DNA of 64,000 bases, from positions 6,058-70,057 of the forward strand of contig DAHWIF010000005.1 in the NCBI GenBank assembly GCA_027345565.1. The letters run 5' to 3'. The DNA is from Candidatus Micrarchaeota archaeon (GTDB lineage Archaea; Micrarchaeota; Micrarchaeia; Micrarchaeales; Micrarchaeaceae). Shown piece after piece: positions 33,127 through 42,104 of the stretch (position 1 is the stretch's first letter; each line of letters begins with the position of its first letter). The translations under genes were made by a program, and so were the position numbers. Under the pieces are notes generated by a model. It was not told the DNA's origin. It was given only the letters and a program-made list of their open reading frames with translations, and searched no databases.

Positions 33127-35289
33127 CTATCTGTACATGTTCTCAGGCGCGTTCTTGAATTTCCTTATGCGCTCCGAGAGCTCCCTCGGTATCGCAGGCT
33201 TCACCTCCTGGAAGGCGAATGCGAAGTCATCCTTCGTCACGGCCGTCCTGCCTAGCCTTATAGCGTTCATGCCGGCCTCTCGGCAAACATTCTCTATCTC
33301 CGCACCGGTGTACCCTTCGGAGAGCTTCGCCAGGTCATCCAGCCGTATGTTCTTGTCGAGCGGCATGCGCTTCGTGTGCACCTCGAATATCGCCTTCCTG
33401 GTCTCATCATCCGGCATCGGTATCTCTATTATCTTGTCGAACCTCCCAGGCCTGAGCAGCGCAGGGTCTATCATGTCAGGCCTGTTCGTGGCGGCGAGCA
33501 CCACGACATTCTTCATCTCCGAGAGGCCGTCGAGCTCGGTGAGCAGAGTGTCGACTATCCTCTCCGTCACGAATGAGTCGCCGTTGCCGCCGTCCCTTGT
33601 CGGCGCAATCGCGTCTATTTCGTCTATGAATATTATGCACGGGGCAGCCTGCCTCGCCTTCCTAAAAATCTCCCTAGTTGCCTTTTCGGATTCGCCGACG
33701 AACTTGCTCAGCAGCTCAGGCCCCTTTATTGAGATGAAGTTGGATTCGCGCTCCGTCGCGACCGCCTTCGCCAGCATAGTCTTGCCCGTGCCAGGCGCGC
33801 CGACGAGCAGTATCCCCCTCACGGGCCTTATGCCCATCTTCTCGAACGCCTCAGGGTTCTTTATCGGCATCTCTATGGCCTCTTTGAGCTGCGTCTTTAC
33901 GAACGAGAGACCACCGACATCATCCCAGTGGATGTTAGGCCTCTCGACGAATACCTCACGGAGCGCGCTCGGCTGTATGTTCCTGTATGCGTCTATGAAA
34001 TCCTCCCTCGTAACGTGGAGGTTTACGAGCAGCTCGTTCGGTATCGATTTTTTGTCTATTATGGTCGGGAGTACCTTCCTCAGCGAGCACATCGCCGCCT
34101 CCCTAGCCAACGCGGTGAGGTCAGCGCCTGTGTATCCGTGGGTCAGGTCTGCCAGCTCGTCGAGGTTGACTCCCCTGAGCGGCATGTTCCTCGTGTGTAT
34201 CTGGAGTATCTCTTTCCTGGCGTTCCTGTCTGGCACGCCTATCTCTATCTCGCGGTCGAACCTGCCGGGCCTCCTGAGCGCCGGGTCTATCGCATTAGGC
34301 CTGTTAGTTGCTCCTATGACTATGACCTGGCCCCTCGATCCCATGCCGTCAAGCAGCGCGAGCAGCTGCGATACCATTCGCCTCTCCACTTCGTTGGTCG
34401 CCTCCTCTCTCTTCGGCGCTATCGCATCTATCTCATCCATAAATATTATCGTCGGAGCCTTCTCTTTAGCCTCGTTGAATATCTCGCGCAGCTTCTCCTC
34501 GCTCTCGCCCACAAACTTGCTGACCAGCTCAGGTCCGGATATATCTATGAAGTGCGCATCGGATTCATTCGCTACCGCCTTGGCAAGCAGCGTCTTGCCC
34601 GTGCCAGGCGCACCGTAGAGCAATACCCCGCGCGGCGGCTCTATGCCCAGCCTCTCGAACAGCTCCGGATACCTTATCGGGAGCTCCACCATCTCCCTTA
34701 TCTTCTGTATCTCCGTCTTCAGGCCGCCTATGTCCTCATAGTGCACGTCGCCGATCTTCACCATAGACTCTGATATCGGCTCTGTCCTGACGACCATGTC
34801 AGTATCTTTCGTCACCCTTACTACTCCATGAGGCGATACCTGCGCCACCACGAAATTGAATACGTAACCGAACATCGGTATCGGTACAACATCCCCCCTC
34901 ACTAGTGGCTTGTCTTCCAGCTTGTTCTTCGCATACTCTGCGAAATCCGGTGATATCGGAGTGCGCTGGTTCGGCGGCGGGGCCAGTATCACCTTCTCGG
35001 CGTTGTTGACATTCGCCTTCGCGGCGAAGACCCTGTCACCTATCCCTACACCAAGGTTCTGTCTTATCCAGCCGTCCACCCTTATGAAATCGAGGCCCTC
35101 GTCCTGCTGGTGCGCAGCCATAACTATGGCGGCTGTAGACCTGCGTTTGCCCTTTATCTCAAGCATGTCTCCCGGCGTGACATTGAGCAGCTTCCGTGCC
35201 TTGGAGTCTACCCTAGCAATACCCCTGCCATCATCAGTGACAAGCGCGCTCGCAACAGTCAGCTCAATTCCGTTTACCATGCGAATCAC
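33127..35289 (-). CDS. cdc48: CDC48/VCP-type AAA+ ATPase (two AAA domains)
   Basis: The N-domain has [25 protein letters not shown]. Two Walker A motifs are present ([15 protein letters not shown] and [15 protein letters not shown]), with IIFMDEIDA and IIFIDEIDA Walker B motifs. Confidence 0.95.
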   Translation of the reverse strand: MIRMVNGIELTVASALVTDDGRGIARVDSKARKLLNVTPGDMLEIKGKRRSTAAIVMAAHQQDEGLDFIRVDGWIRQNLGVGIGDRVFAAKANVNNAEKVILAPPPNQRTPISPDFAEYAKNKLEDKPLVRGDVVPIPMFGYVFNFVVAQVSPHGVVRVTKDTDMVVRTEPISESMVKIGDVHYEDIGGLKTEIQKIREMVELPIRYPELFERLGIEPPRGVLLYGAPGTGKTLLAKAVANESDAHFIDISGPELVSKFVGESEEKLREIFNEAKEKAPTIIFMDEIDAIAPKREEATNEVERRMVSQLLALLDGMGSRGQVIVIGATNRPNAIDPALRRPGRFDREIEIGVPDRNARKEILQIHTRNMPLRGVNLDELADLTHGYTGADLTALAREAAMCSLRKVLPTIIDKKSIPNELLVNLHVTREDFIDAYRNIQPSALREVFVERPNIHWDDVGGLSFVKTQLKEAIEMPIKNPEAFEKMGIRPVRGILLVGAPGTGKTMLAKAVATERESNFISIKGPELLSKFVGESEKATREIFRKARQAAPCIIFIDEIDAIAPTRDGGNGDSFVTERIVDTLLTELDGLSEMKNVVVLAATNRPDMIDPALLRPGRFDKIIEIPMPDDETRKAIFEVHTKRMPLDKNIRLDDLAKLSEGYTGAEIENVCREAGMNAIRLGRTAVTKDDFAFAFQEVKPAIPRELSERIRKFKNAPENMYR

Positions 35290-35379
35290 CTAAGGAAAAG
35301 GTACTCCCACCTATAAAATAACACAGCAACTACTTTAATAGCTTATCTGTATGCTTCGGTGCGCTGGTGCGGAAAGCTA

Positions 35380-35502
35380 CTAATCTTCGCCTTCGTCCTC
35401 GTCCCCTTCGTCGTCGTCCTCCCAGTCTTCGTCCTCGTCCCCTTCGTCGTCGCCGCCCATGTCGTCGTCGTCAGCCAGCTTGTATCTCCATAGTTGATCC
35501 AT
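35380..35502 (-). CDS. Possible 40-aa ultra-acidic small protein
   Basis: The minus strand reads MDQLWRYKLADDDDMGGDDEGDEDEDWEDDDEGDEDEGED*. The ORF is too short for the ORF track. It lies 90 nt upstream of cdc48 on the same strand and contains a 26-nt internal direct repeat. It cannot be distinguished by eye from the mirror Arg/Pro-rich plus-strand ORF. Confidence 0.3.
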   Translation of the reverse strand: MDQLWRYKLADDDDMGGDDEGDEDEDWEDDDEGDEDEGED

Positions 35503-35880
35503 CAGATCACGTTAGGCGTTCTTGCACCGCCATTACGCTCTGTTATTGAGCACACTATATAAAAACCTTTCTGTTATGCGGGCTTTGGGACAAAACTAAT
35601 CGCATGTCTTCGCTTACAACCAAATGCGCCTTTCCACCAATATATCCTTTAGTATATCCTTTAGCGCGTGGGTCATTGTTGGCTTTTTCAATGCTCTGTT
35701 ATGCGATTATTGATGGGTTTGCGTTGATGTCGTCACATCCTCGTAAAAAAGCTAAGGTATAAATATTTAACCGAGAGATAACTAGAGAATCGGGCGTTTT
35801 TTGCAAAGGGAAAACCGCTCAGGAAAAAGGTGCGGATTTTAGGAATCCTAGCACGTGAATTGTTACACTCAAGTGATAAG

Positions 35881-37149
35881 ATGGCAGACAAACCACACAT
35901 GAATTTGATCTTCATAGGGCACGTAGACCACGGAAAGTCAACAACGGTCGGAAGGCTGCTCTATGCCACGGGCGTAATAACGGACAGGGACCTGGACAGG
36001 TACAAGGAAGCGACGGCGCAGTTTAACAGGCCTACGTTCGAGTTTGCGTTCGTGATGGACACGCTTAAGGAGGAGCGTGAGCGTGGGATTACGATTGACA
36101 TACAGCACAGGGATTTCCAGACGTCGAAATACTACTTCACGATAATAGACGCGCCAGGTCACCGCGACTTCGTCAAGAACATGATCACAGGCGCAAGCCA
36201 GGCCGACGCGGCTGTGCTGGTGGTGAGCGCGAAGGACGGCATACAGGCGCAGACAAGGGAGCACGCGCAGCTAATCTTCGTCCTAGGGGTCCAGCAGATA
36301 ATAGTCGGCATAAACAAGATGGACGAGGTCGGATACGACCAGAAGAAGTATGAAGAGGTTAAGAAGCAGGTCGGGGACATGCTCAAAACCATGGGCTTCA
36401 AGACGGATCAGATACCGTTCATACCATACTCGGCGCAGATGGGCGACAACGTGAAGGACAAGTCTGACAAGACAGCGTGGTACAACGGCCCGACGCTGCT
36501 TGCGGCACTCGATGCGCTGAAGATGCCGGATAAGCCGGTAGACAAGCCGCTCAGGCTGCCAATACAGGACGTTTTCAGCATCTCCGGTTTCGGCACAGTT
36601 CCTGTCGGCAGGGTCGAGAGCGGCGTGCTAAAGGCGGGAGACCAAATAGTGATAATGCCTGGCGGGGCCAAGACGGAGGTCAAGAGCATAGAGATGCACC
36701 ACCAGCAGCTCCAGAAGGCGGAGCCTGGCGACAACGTCGGCTTCAACGTCAAGGGACTGGAGAAGAAGGACATAAAGAGGGGCGACGTGGTCGGACCTGC
36801 CAGCAATCCGCCAACCGTAGCGGCTGAGTTCAAGGCGCAGGTCATAATACTGCACCACCAGAACGTCATAGCGAGGGGATACACTCCGGTCTTCCACATA
36901 CACACCGCACAGGTGGCATGCACATTCGAGGACATACTGGAGAGGAAGGACCCGAAGACAGGCCAGACCGTGGAGCAGAACCCGCAGACGATAAAGACCG
37001 GAGATCTCGCCATAGTCAAGATAAAGCCGACGAAGCCGATAGCGTGCGAGAAGTTCAGCGATTTCAAGCCCCTAGGCAGGTTCGCGATACGCGACATGGG
37101 CGAGACAATAGGCGCAGGGGTAATAATGGAGATAACCCCGAGAAAGTGA
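35881..37149 (+). CDS. tuf: Translation elongation factor aEF-1alpha
   Basis: The protein starts MADKPHMNLIFIGHVDHGKST and has DAPGHRDF and NKMD. The ORF track start at 35830 is an upstream extension; the ATG is at 35881. Confidence 0.95.
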   Translation: MADKPHMNLIFIGHVDHGKSTTVGRLLYATGVITDRDLDRYKEATAQFNRPTFEFAFVMDTLKEERERGITIDIQHRDFQTSKYYFTIIDAPGHRDFVKNMITGASQADAAVLVVSAKDGIQAQTREHAQLIFVLGVQQIIVGINKMDEVGYDQKKYEEVKKQVGDMLKTMGFKTDQIPFIPYSAQMGDNVKDKSDKTAWYNGPTLLAALDALKMPDKPVDKPLRLPIQDVFSISGFGTVPVGRVESGVLKAGDQIVIMPGGAKTEVKSIEMHHQQLQKAEPGDNVGFNVKGLEKKDIKRGDVVGPASNPPTVAAEFKAQVIILHHQNVIARGYTPVFHIHTAQVACTFEDILERKDPKTGQTVEQNPQTIKTGDLAIVKIKPTKPIACEKFSDFKPLGRFAIRDMGETIGAGVIMEITPRK

Positions 37150-37153
37150 ATCG

Positions 37154-37459
37154 ATGCAGACAGCAACCATCAAGCTCGTAAGCACAAAGGCCAAGGATGC
37201 CGATTCGATAGCGAACCAGATAAAGGAGATAACCAAGTCAATAAATATAAAATGCAAGGGCCCGATACCTCTTCCCACAAAGGTGGTATCGCAGACAACC
37301 AGGAAAGCGCCGTCGCACCAGGGGAGCCACACCTACGAAAGGTGGGAGATGCGCTTCCACAAGCGCCTAATTACCATAGAGAGCAGCGAGCAGGCGCTCA
37401 GGCAGATAATGAGGATAGTGGTGCCTGACACGGTGCAGATAGAGATGAGCCTGGGCTAA
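37154..37459 (+). CDS. rps10: 30S ribosomal protein S10 (uS10)
   Basis: The 101-aa product has IKLVSTKAKDADSIANQI..GPIPLPTK..RWEMRFHKRLI and follows tuf in the canonical order. Confidence 0.9.
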   Translation: MQTATIKLVSTKAKDADSIANQIKEITKSINIKCKGPIPLPTKVVSQTTRKAPSHQGSHTYERWEMRFHKRLITIESSEQALRQIMRIVVPDTVQIEMSLG

Positions 37460-37526
37460 TCTGCTGATTCAAGAAAGCCAGTTGGTTATAATATTTTACA
37501 ACTAAGTGGTATTCAACAATCATATC

Positions 37527-37558
37527 ACTAAAGTTATAATAAAATATAACTTCGGTTA
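37527..37558 (+). repeat. Direct repeat copy 1 upstream of AbiE-like module 1
   Basis: ACTAAAGTTATAATAAAATATAACTTCGGTTA. The first 21 nt are identical to copy 2. Confidence 0.6.
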
Positions 37559-37588
37559 TAAAATAGGAAGATTTATATATTTTTAGCT

Positions 37589-37620
37589 ACTAAAGTTATA
37601 ATAAAATATTACTTTGGTAA
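37589..37620 (+). repeat. Direct repeat copy 2, ending 4 nt before the ATG at 37625
   Basis: ACTAAAGTTATAATAAAATATTACTTTGGTAA, 62 nt after copy 1. GTTATAA(T)A cores also occur at about 37484 and about 37555. Confidence 0.6.
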
Positions 37621-37624
37621 TTCT

Positions 37625-38290
37625 ATGAATATTCCGTTGAGGAACAGGCTGCAGAAGAGGGCACAGAGGGACGTCGCCCTGCTGGAGGATGTTCTTGTCA
37701 GGATACTCTACGAGGCAGACAGCACCGCCGAAATACACGGAGGCACAGCCATCTGGCGGTGCTACGGCGGAAGAAGGTTCTCCAAGGACATCGACATATA
37801 CCTGGCGTCTCAGGAAAAGCTCCAGGAGCTCAAGGAGCGCATAAGGGTCGTGGCGGACAGGTACAACGCAAAAGTTGAGAAGCTCAAGGACACCGGCCAC
37901 CTCATCTACATCTCCTTCTTGTTGGACGACATCTACTCCGAAATAGACATAAATTACAAGGCGTATTACAGAGAGCCAGTGGTGAGACAGTACGAGAACC
38001 TAGATGGCTCCTTTTATGATGTGCTGACGCTGCCGCCGGAGGCCCTGATAGACGAGAAGATAAATGCGTACGCAGACCGGGAATCCATAACGGATCTATA
38101 TGACATAGGGATACTGCTGGATCATGCCGATGTTAAGGCCCTGAGACCCAAAATGAAGAAATTTGTTTCATCATTGAAAACGCCAGCTAGACTGAAAGAG
38201 GAGGAATCCAGGTTACAGGGTCTCATATACGAGGGGCCGATACCGTCGTTCAGGACGCTTGTTGACCGCATAAAGGGTAAGATTTCATGA
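37625..38290 (+). CDS. AbiEii/AbiGii-family nucleotidyltransferase (type IV TA toxin-like, DUF1814)
   Basis: IHGGTAIWRCYGGRRFSKDIDIY matches the GGTAL..Y...R.S.DlD NTase signature of AbiEii. The protein is 221 aa. Confidence 0.7.
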   Translation: MNIPLRNRLQKRAQRDVALLEDVLVRILYEADSTAEIHGGTAIWRCYGGRRFSKDIDIYLASQEKLQELKERIRVVADRYNAKVEKLKDTGHLIYISFLLDDIYSEIDINYKAYYREPVVRQYENLDGSFYDVLTLPPEALIDEKINAYADRESITDLYDIGILLDHADVKALRPKMKKFVSSLKTPARLKEEESRLQGLIYEGPIPSFRTLVDRIKGKIS

Positions 38291-38934
38291 CAAAATACAT
38301 AGGGCTTTTGCGAGAAAGGTTCAACAATTATGACTACCCGGTCTTCACGCTGACCGATGCGAGGGTCCTGCTCGGCAGGAGCAAGATAAGCGAGGGCTAC
38401 CTTAAGACGCTGATCAACCACCTGATGAAGAAAAACGAGATAAGGAGAATATCCAAGGGCGCATACACCTTCCATGATGACATCGCAGTTGTCGGCTTTG
38501 CATTCAGGCCGTTCTATTACGGATTGGAAGATGCGCTGTCCTATAGGAATCTCTGGACGCAGGCCACAAACCCCATAATCATTACAGGAAATCCGGTGAG
38601 GGAAGGCGTGAGGAAATTCGGAAACGCGAATTACATAGTAAAAAGGATTAAAACAGGCCTCTTCTTCGGGTTCGATTTCATTAAGCACTACGACATGTGG
38701 CTGCCAGTGTCAGATGCGGAAAAAACACTGATCGACCTAGTCTACTACAAGCACGGCGTAAGGGACGATGCAATGGGGCCTTTGCTAGAGTCTATAGACA
38801 AAGAGAAGCTTGATGGCTATCTAGAACATTACAGCCAAGGCTTCAGGAAAAGACTGCATTCTTATATTGGTAAATCCAGATCGGCGCCGGGGAAGGGCTG
38901 GTATGGGATGAATGTGCAGGGCGCTCGCGTGTGA
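38287..38934 (+). CDS. AbiEi-like wHTH transcriptional regulator/antitoxin
   Basis: The N-terminus FTLTDARVLLGRSKISEGYLKTLINHLMKKNEIRRISKGAYTF fits the AbiEi wHTH pattern (..L.k.G.i.ri.kG.Y). Its ATG overlaps the upstream stop (ATGA). Confidence 0.6.
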   Translation: MTKYIGLLRERFNNYDYPVFTLTDARVLLGRSKISEGYLKTLINHLMKKNEIRRISKGAYTFHDDIAVVGFAFRPFYYGLEDALSYRNLWTQATNPIIITGNPVREGVRKFGNANYIVKRIKTGLFFGFDFIKHYDMWLPVSDAEKTLIDLVYYKHGVRDDAMGPLLESIDKEKLDGYLEHYSQGFRKRLHSYIGKSRSAPGKGWYGMNVQGARV

Positions 38935-38938
38935 TGTC

Positions 38939-40693
38939 TCATCTCGCATTCTTCTTTATCTCCGATATCCGCTTTAGCAGGTCTGCCTCCTCAATGCTGA
39001 TGAGGTTCGCGAACTCCCCCTTCAGCAGCCGCTCGTCCTCATCTGTCACCCTTGTGTAAAGCACGTGCCCCTCCCTCACCTGTCGGCCAAAGGTGGGCTC
39101 GTCCATCGATATCGCGACGCTGTCGCCCGCCCTTGCAGATTCGAGCGGAGCCCTCTCCGTCTGTATCCCCTTTATCTTCCCTACGACCTCGCCCGTGTCG
39201 CTCATAAGCAGCCAGCCGACCTTTATCCTTCCAGCTGTGATATTCACGCCGAATATCGCCGGATGTGATACGCGGAAACAGCTGTTAGGCAGCACCTCAA
39301 CCCTGCCTGGGAAAACTATCCTGCTCTCTGCTTTGCTAAGGCTGCTCCTTTGCATCTCATCTATGAGGAGCTTGTAGTCGTCTATTAGCTTGTATATTAT
39401 ATTGCTGCTTATCACCTTCACCCCGCTATCGAATGAGGCCGCCTGCGCCTCCTGGTCGATCGTCACGTTGAAGGAGAGCACCACCTCATATGCGGGATTC
39501 ACGGATAGCTGTGAAAACGCGTCCACCACGTCCCTCCTGGTCACGCTGCCCAGCCCCTTCTTGCTTATCCTGAAGCCCATGCCCTCCATGAGCTTTGATA
39601 TCGCCTCGAGGCTGCCTATCGAATCGGCCTTTAGCACAACGCCGTTCTTGTCCGTCTGGAAGACGTCGCCGAGCTCCGCGCTTACCTCGCTCGCATAACC
39701 CTCATCTGAGACCTGTACGACCGGGGATCCGACCAAGGCCTCCTCGAGCCCGACCCCGCTTATCTTGATCCCCACGGCTGCTGATACTTCATCGACATAG
39801 TCGAACCTGCTCGCCCCTTCGTGTATCTCCTGCAGCGGCTTGGCCTTGAGCAGGGAGCGTATCTTTGCGGTTGCTATGCCGCCAGGGGTTGCGAACGCTA
39901 TCGTGTCGTTGGCCCTCAGCGAGCCGTCGTAGAGTATCACATCGATGGTTGTGCCAAGCCCCTTGACCTCCTTCTTCTCCAGTATGCTTCCCCTGCCAGG
40001 CCCCTTGACCTCTATGCTGAGCCTCATCTCGAGGTACTTCTGCGCCAGCCCGGTTGTGACCATGAGCAGCTCTGACACGCCCTCGCCTGTCTTCGCGCTC
40101 ATCGGCACTATCGCGAGCTCTTTCTGGAAGTTCCTCACACGGTCGTAGCGCTCCGCGTTGAAGCCGAGCTCGCTGAGCTTCCCTATGACCTGGAAGATTC
40201 TCTGCTCCAGTGCATCCTGCACGTGCTGGTTCTGCCCCTTCACGGCGTCAGCGAAGCTCTTCGACTTGCTGTCTATCCAACCGGTTATAAGGTCTATCTT
40301 GTTGGCTGCGACTATGAACGGGGTCTTGTACTCCTTGAGTATCTCTATAGCCTCGATCGTCTGCGGCTGGAAGCCCTGCGCTATGTCGATGACGAGTATG
40401 GCGAGGTCGGCGACGCTGCCGCCCCTCCTCCTAAGGTTCGTGAAAGCCTCATGGCCGGGCGTGTCTATGAAAAGAAGCCCTGGTATGGTTATATCGCCCA
40501 TGCCCTTGAGCATAGGCCCGCATATCTTTTCTATTACGCTTATCGGGACCTCGCTCGCGCCTATGTGCTGGGTTATGCCTCCGGCTTCCCTTGCGGCTAC
40601 GGTCGAGCTCCTTATCCGGTCAAGAAGCGCGGTTTTGCCGTGGTCTACGTGGCCCATTACCACTATTATAGGCTGCCTTATCATCGCCATCAC
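38939..40693 (-). CDS. infB: Translation initiation factor aIF5B (IF-2)
   Basis: G-domain motifs VVMGHVDHGKTALLDRIR, DTPGHEAF and ANKID are present. The length is 584 aa. Confidence 0.95.
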   Translation of the reverse strand: MMAMIRQPIIVVMGHVDHGKTALLDRIRSSTVAAREAGGITQHIGASEVPISVIEKICGPMLKGMGDITIPGLLFIDTPGHEAFTNLRRRGGSVADLAILVIDIAQGFQPQTIEAIEILKEYKTPFIVAANKIDLITGWIDSKSKSFADAVKGQNQHVQDALEQRIFQVIGKLSELGFNAERYDRVRNFQKELAIVPMSAKTGEGVSELLMVTTGLAQKYLEMRLSIEVKGPGRGSILEKKEVKGLGTTIDVILYDGSLRANDTIAFATPGGIATAKIRSLLKAKPLQEIHEGASRFDYVDEVSAAVGIKISGVGLEEALVGSPVVQVSDEGYASEVSAELGDVFQTDKNGVVLKADSIGSLEAISKLMEGMGFRISKKGLGSVTRRDVVDAFSQLSVNPAYEVVLSFNVTIDQEAQAASFDSGVKVISSNIIYKLIDDYKLLIDEMQRSSLSKAESRIVFPGRVEVLPNSCFRVSHPAIFGVNITAGRIKVGWLLMSDTGEVVGKIKGIQTERAPLESARAGDSVAISMDEPTFGRQVREGHVLYTRVTDEDERLLKGEFANLISIEEADLLKRISEIKKNAR

Positions 40694-40779
40694 AAAAAGA
40701 GTACAGTATTCTCTCTAGTCTAACATATAAAAAGTTAGCCCCATTTAAATATACCGAAGAATGGCCATGCAGAAACGTC

Positions 40780-41424
40780 TTAGCCTGGGGTTATAATGTC
40801 AGCGCTCCTCCACAGGTACAACGAGGCTATCGTGCCGTACGGTTTCCATCTCTCTGCAAGCTCGGAGAACTTGCTCCCTGTGGGGTAATCCTTAAGCCCG
40901 TATGCGCGCTTTATCGCTTTCTTTATCCCGAGGTCGTCGCGCGGCACGATGTCCGTCCTGCCCAGGCTGAAGATCAGGAACATCTCTGCCGTCCATCTTC
41001 CTATACCTCGTACCTCGTCCAGCTCCTCTATTATGTCCTCATCATCCATAATGTCGAACTTGTTGAGTTCGATCCTGCCATCTTTTATCCTTGTGCACAG
41101 GTCAACGAGGTATGAGTACTTCTGGGGCGATATCCCGGCTTCTCTCACCTTCTTCTCAGGCGTCGTAAGGAACCTGTTAGGGGAGGGCAACCTGTTATTA
41201 TACAGCGCCTTGAAGCGTCTTTCTATTGATTCACCAGCAGCTCCTGATATCTGTTGGTATATTATTGCACTCATCAGCGACTCGTATGAGTCGCCGCCCC
41301 AGTTCACCCTTATGCGTCCGATCCTCTTTATGAGCTTTGCTAGCACCTTGTCGCGCTTCGAGAGGTGCTTTATCGCTGTGCTCCGGGCACCCTTGTCGTA
41401 TATGGTTGGAATCTTTCCTTTCAT
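40780..41424 (-). CDS. HhH-GPD family DNA glycosylase (AlkA-like 3-methyladenine glycosylase II)
   Basis: The helix-hairpin-helix ELDEVRGIGRWTAEMFLIF is followed by the catalytic Asp context VPRDDLGIKKAI. Confidence 0.8.
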   Translation of the reverse strand: MKGKIPTIYDKGARSTAIKHLSKRDKVLAKLIKRIGRIRVNWGGDSYESLMSAIIYQQISGAAGESIERRFKALYNNRLPSPNRFLTTPEKKVREAGISPQKYSYLVDLCTRIKDGRIELNKFDIMDDEDIIEELDEVRGIGRWTAEMFLIFSLGRTDIVPRDDLGIKKAIKRAYGLKDYPTGSKFSELAERWKPYGTIASLYLWRSADIITPG

Positions 41425-41510
41425 GTATGCAAGTTTTCCGAAGGTTTATAAAAATTGTATGGTCAATGCCGTTATCCGTGTGAAGGAAGTTCTTGCAAAG
41501 CTATTTATTT

Positions 41511-42104
41511 ATGGGCATGCAAATCCAAGATGATAACGTGTCAGCCAGGTTTTTCATAATAGCGATTGCTGCTGCGCTGATTGTGGCCCTGCCTGTCTCT
41601 TATGCAGCATTGCCTCAGTTTCCAATTACCCCGTACAGCAACGTCACCCAGGTCGGCTACCATGTGTTGAATATATCGACATATGGTTACTTCACCGCTG
41701 TAATAGGCCAGCGGAGCTTCAACACGACCCAGAACTTCATATCGCCGAACGAGTCTGGTGTGACGATAAACAATGTCTCGTATGACCTTTATCCAGGGAA
41801 ACCGGTGTTAATATCCGGCACCAATGATAGCTACGTAATGCTTGTGCGAGTCAACTATATACCCAGGCAACATACCGTCAACGTCAATATATACAGCTTG
41901 CAACCCACTATCACAACCACCAGCTCTACAACATCCAGCACGAGCACTACCGCGCCAGCTATTTTGACTACGGTCCCCATCATTGCGCATACGACCTCCA
42001 TAAACCAAACGACCACCATAGCGGCGCAGCAGTCCGGAAGCCAGCTCGGAAACTTCATAGCGCGGCTAATCGCAGCCCTAAAGAGCCTCTTCTCCAAGCT
42101 TTAG
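41511..42104 (+). CDS. Hypothetical secreted or membrane-anchored protein with a Thr/Ser-rich linker
   Basis: A signal-like segment SARFFIIAIAAALIVALPVSYA and a TITTTSSTTSSTSTTAP linker are present. The start is uncertain: TTG 41493, ATG 41511 or GTG 41538. Confidence 0.5.
   Translation: MGMQIQDDNVSARFFIIAIAAALIVALPVSYAALPQFPITPYSNVTQVGYHVLNISTYGYFTAVIGQRSFNTTQNFISPNESGVTINNVSYDLYPGKPVLISGTNDSYVMLVRVNYIPRQHTVNVNIYSLQPTITTTSSTTSSTSTTAPAILTTVPIIAHTTSINQTTTIAAQQSGSQLGNFIARLIAALKSLFSKL

Noticed and set aside
33101-34618. 505-aa plus-strand ORF
   Set aside because: It lies exactly antisense to the strongly supported cdc48 gene. Its product is S/L/A-rich low complexity with no motifs, which is typical of a shadow ORF in a GC-biased coding region.
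35367-35549. 60-aa Arg/Pro-rich plus-strand ORF (RPRPLRRRPPSLRPRP...)
   Set aside because: It is the mirror image of the GAC/GAA-rich repeat. The minus-strand acidic ORF is co-oriented with cdc48 and has an ATG start, so it is listed instead, although it too has low confidence.
36408-37166. 252-aa minus-strand ORF
   Set aside because: It is antisense to tuf, whose identity is unambiguous.
37527-37620. Possible CRISPR array
   Set aside because: There are only two repeat copies, they are AT-rich and imperfect, they lie directly upstream of a start codon, and no cas genes are present. They are better explained as promoter or operator repeats.
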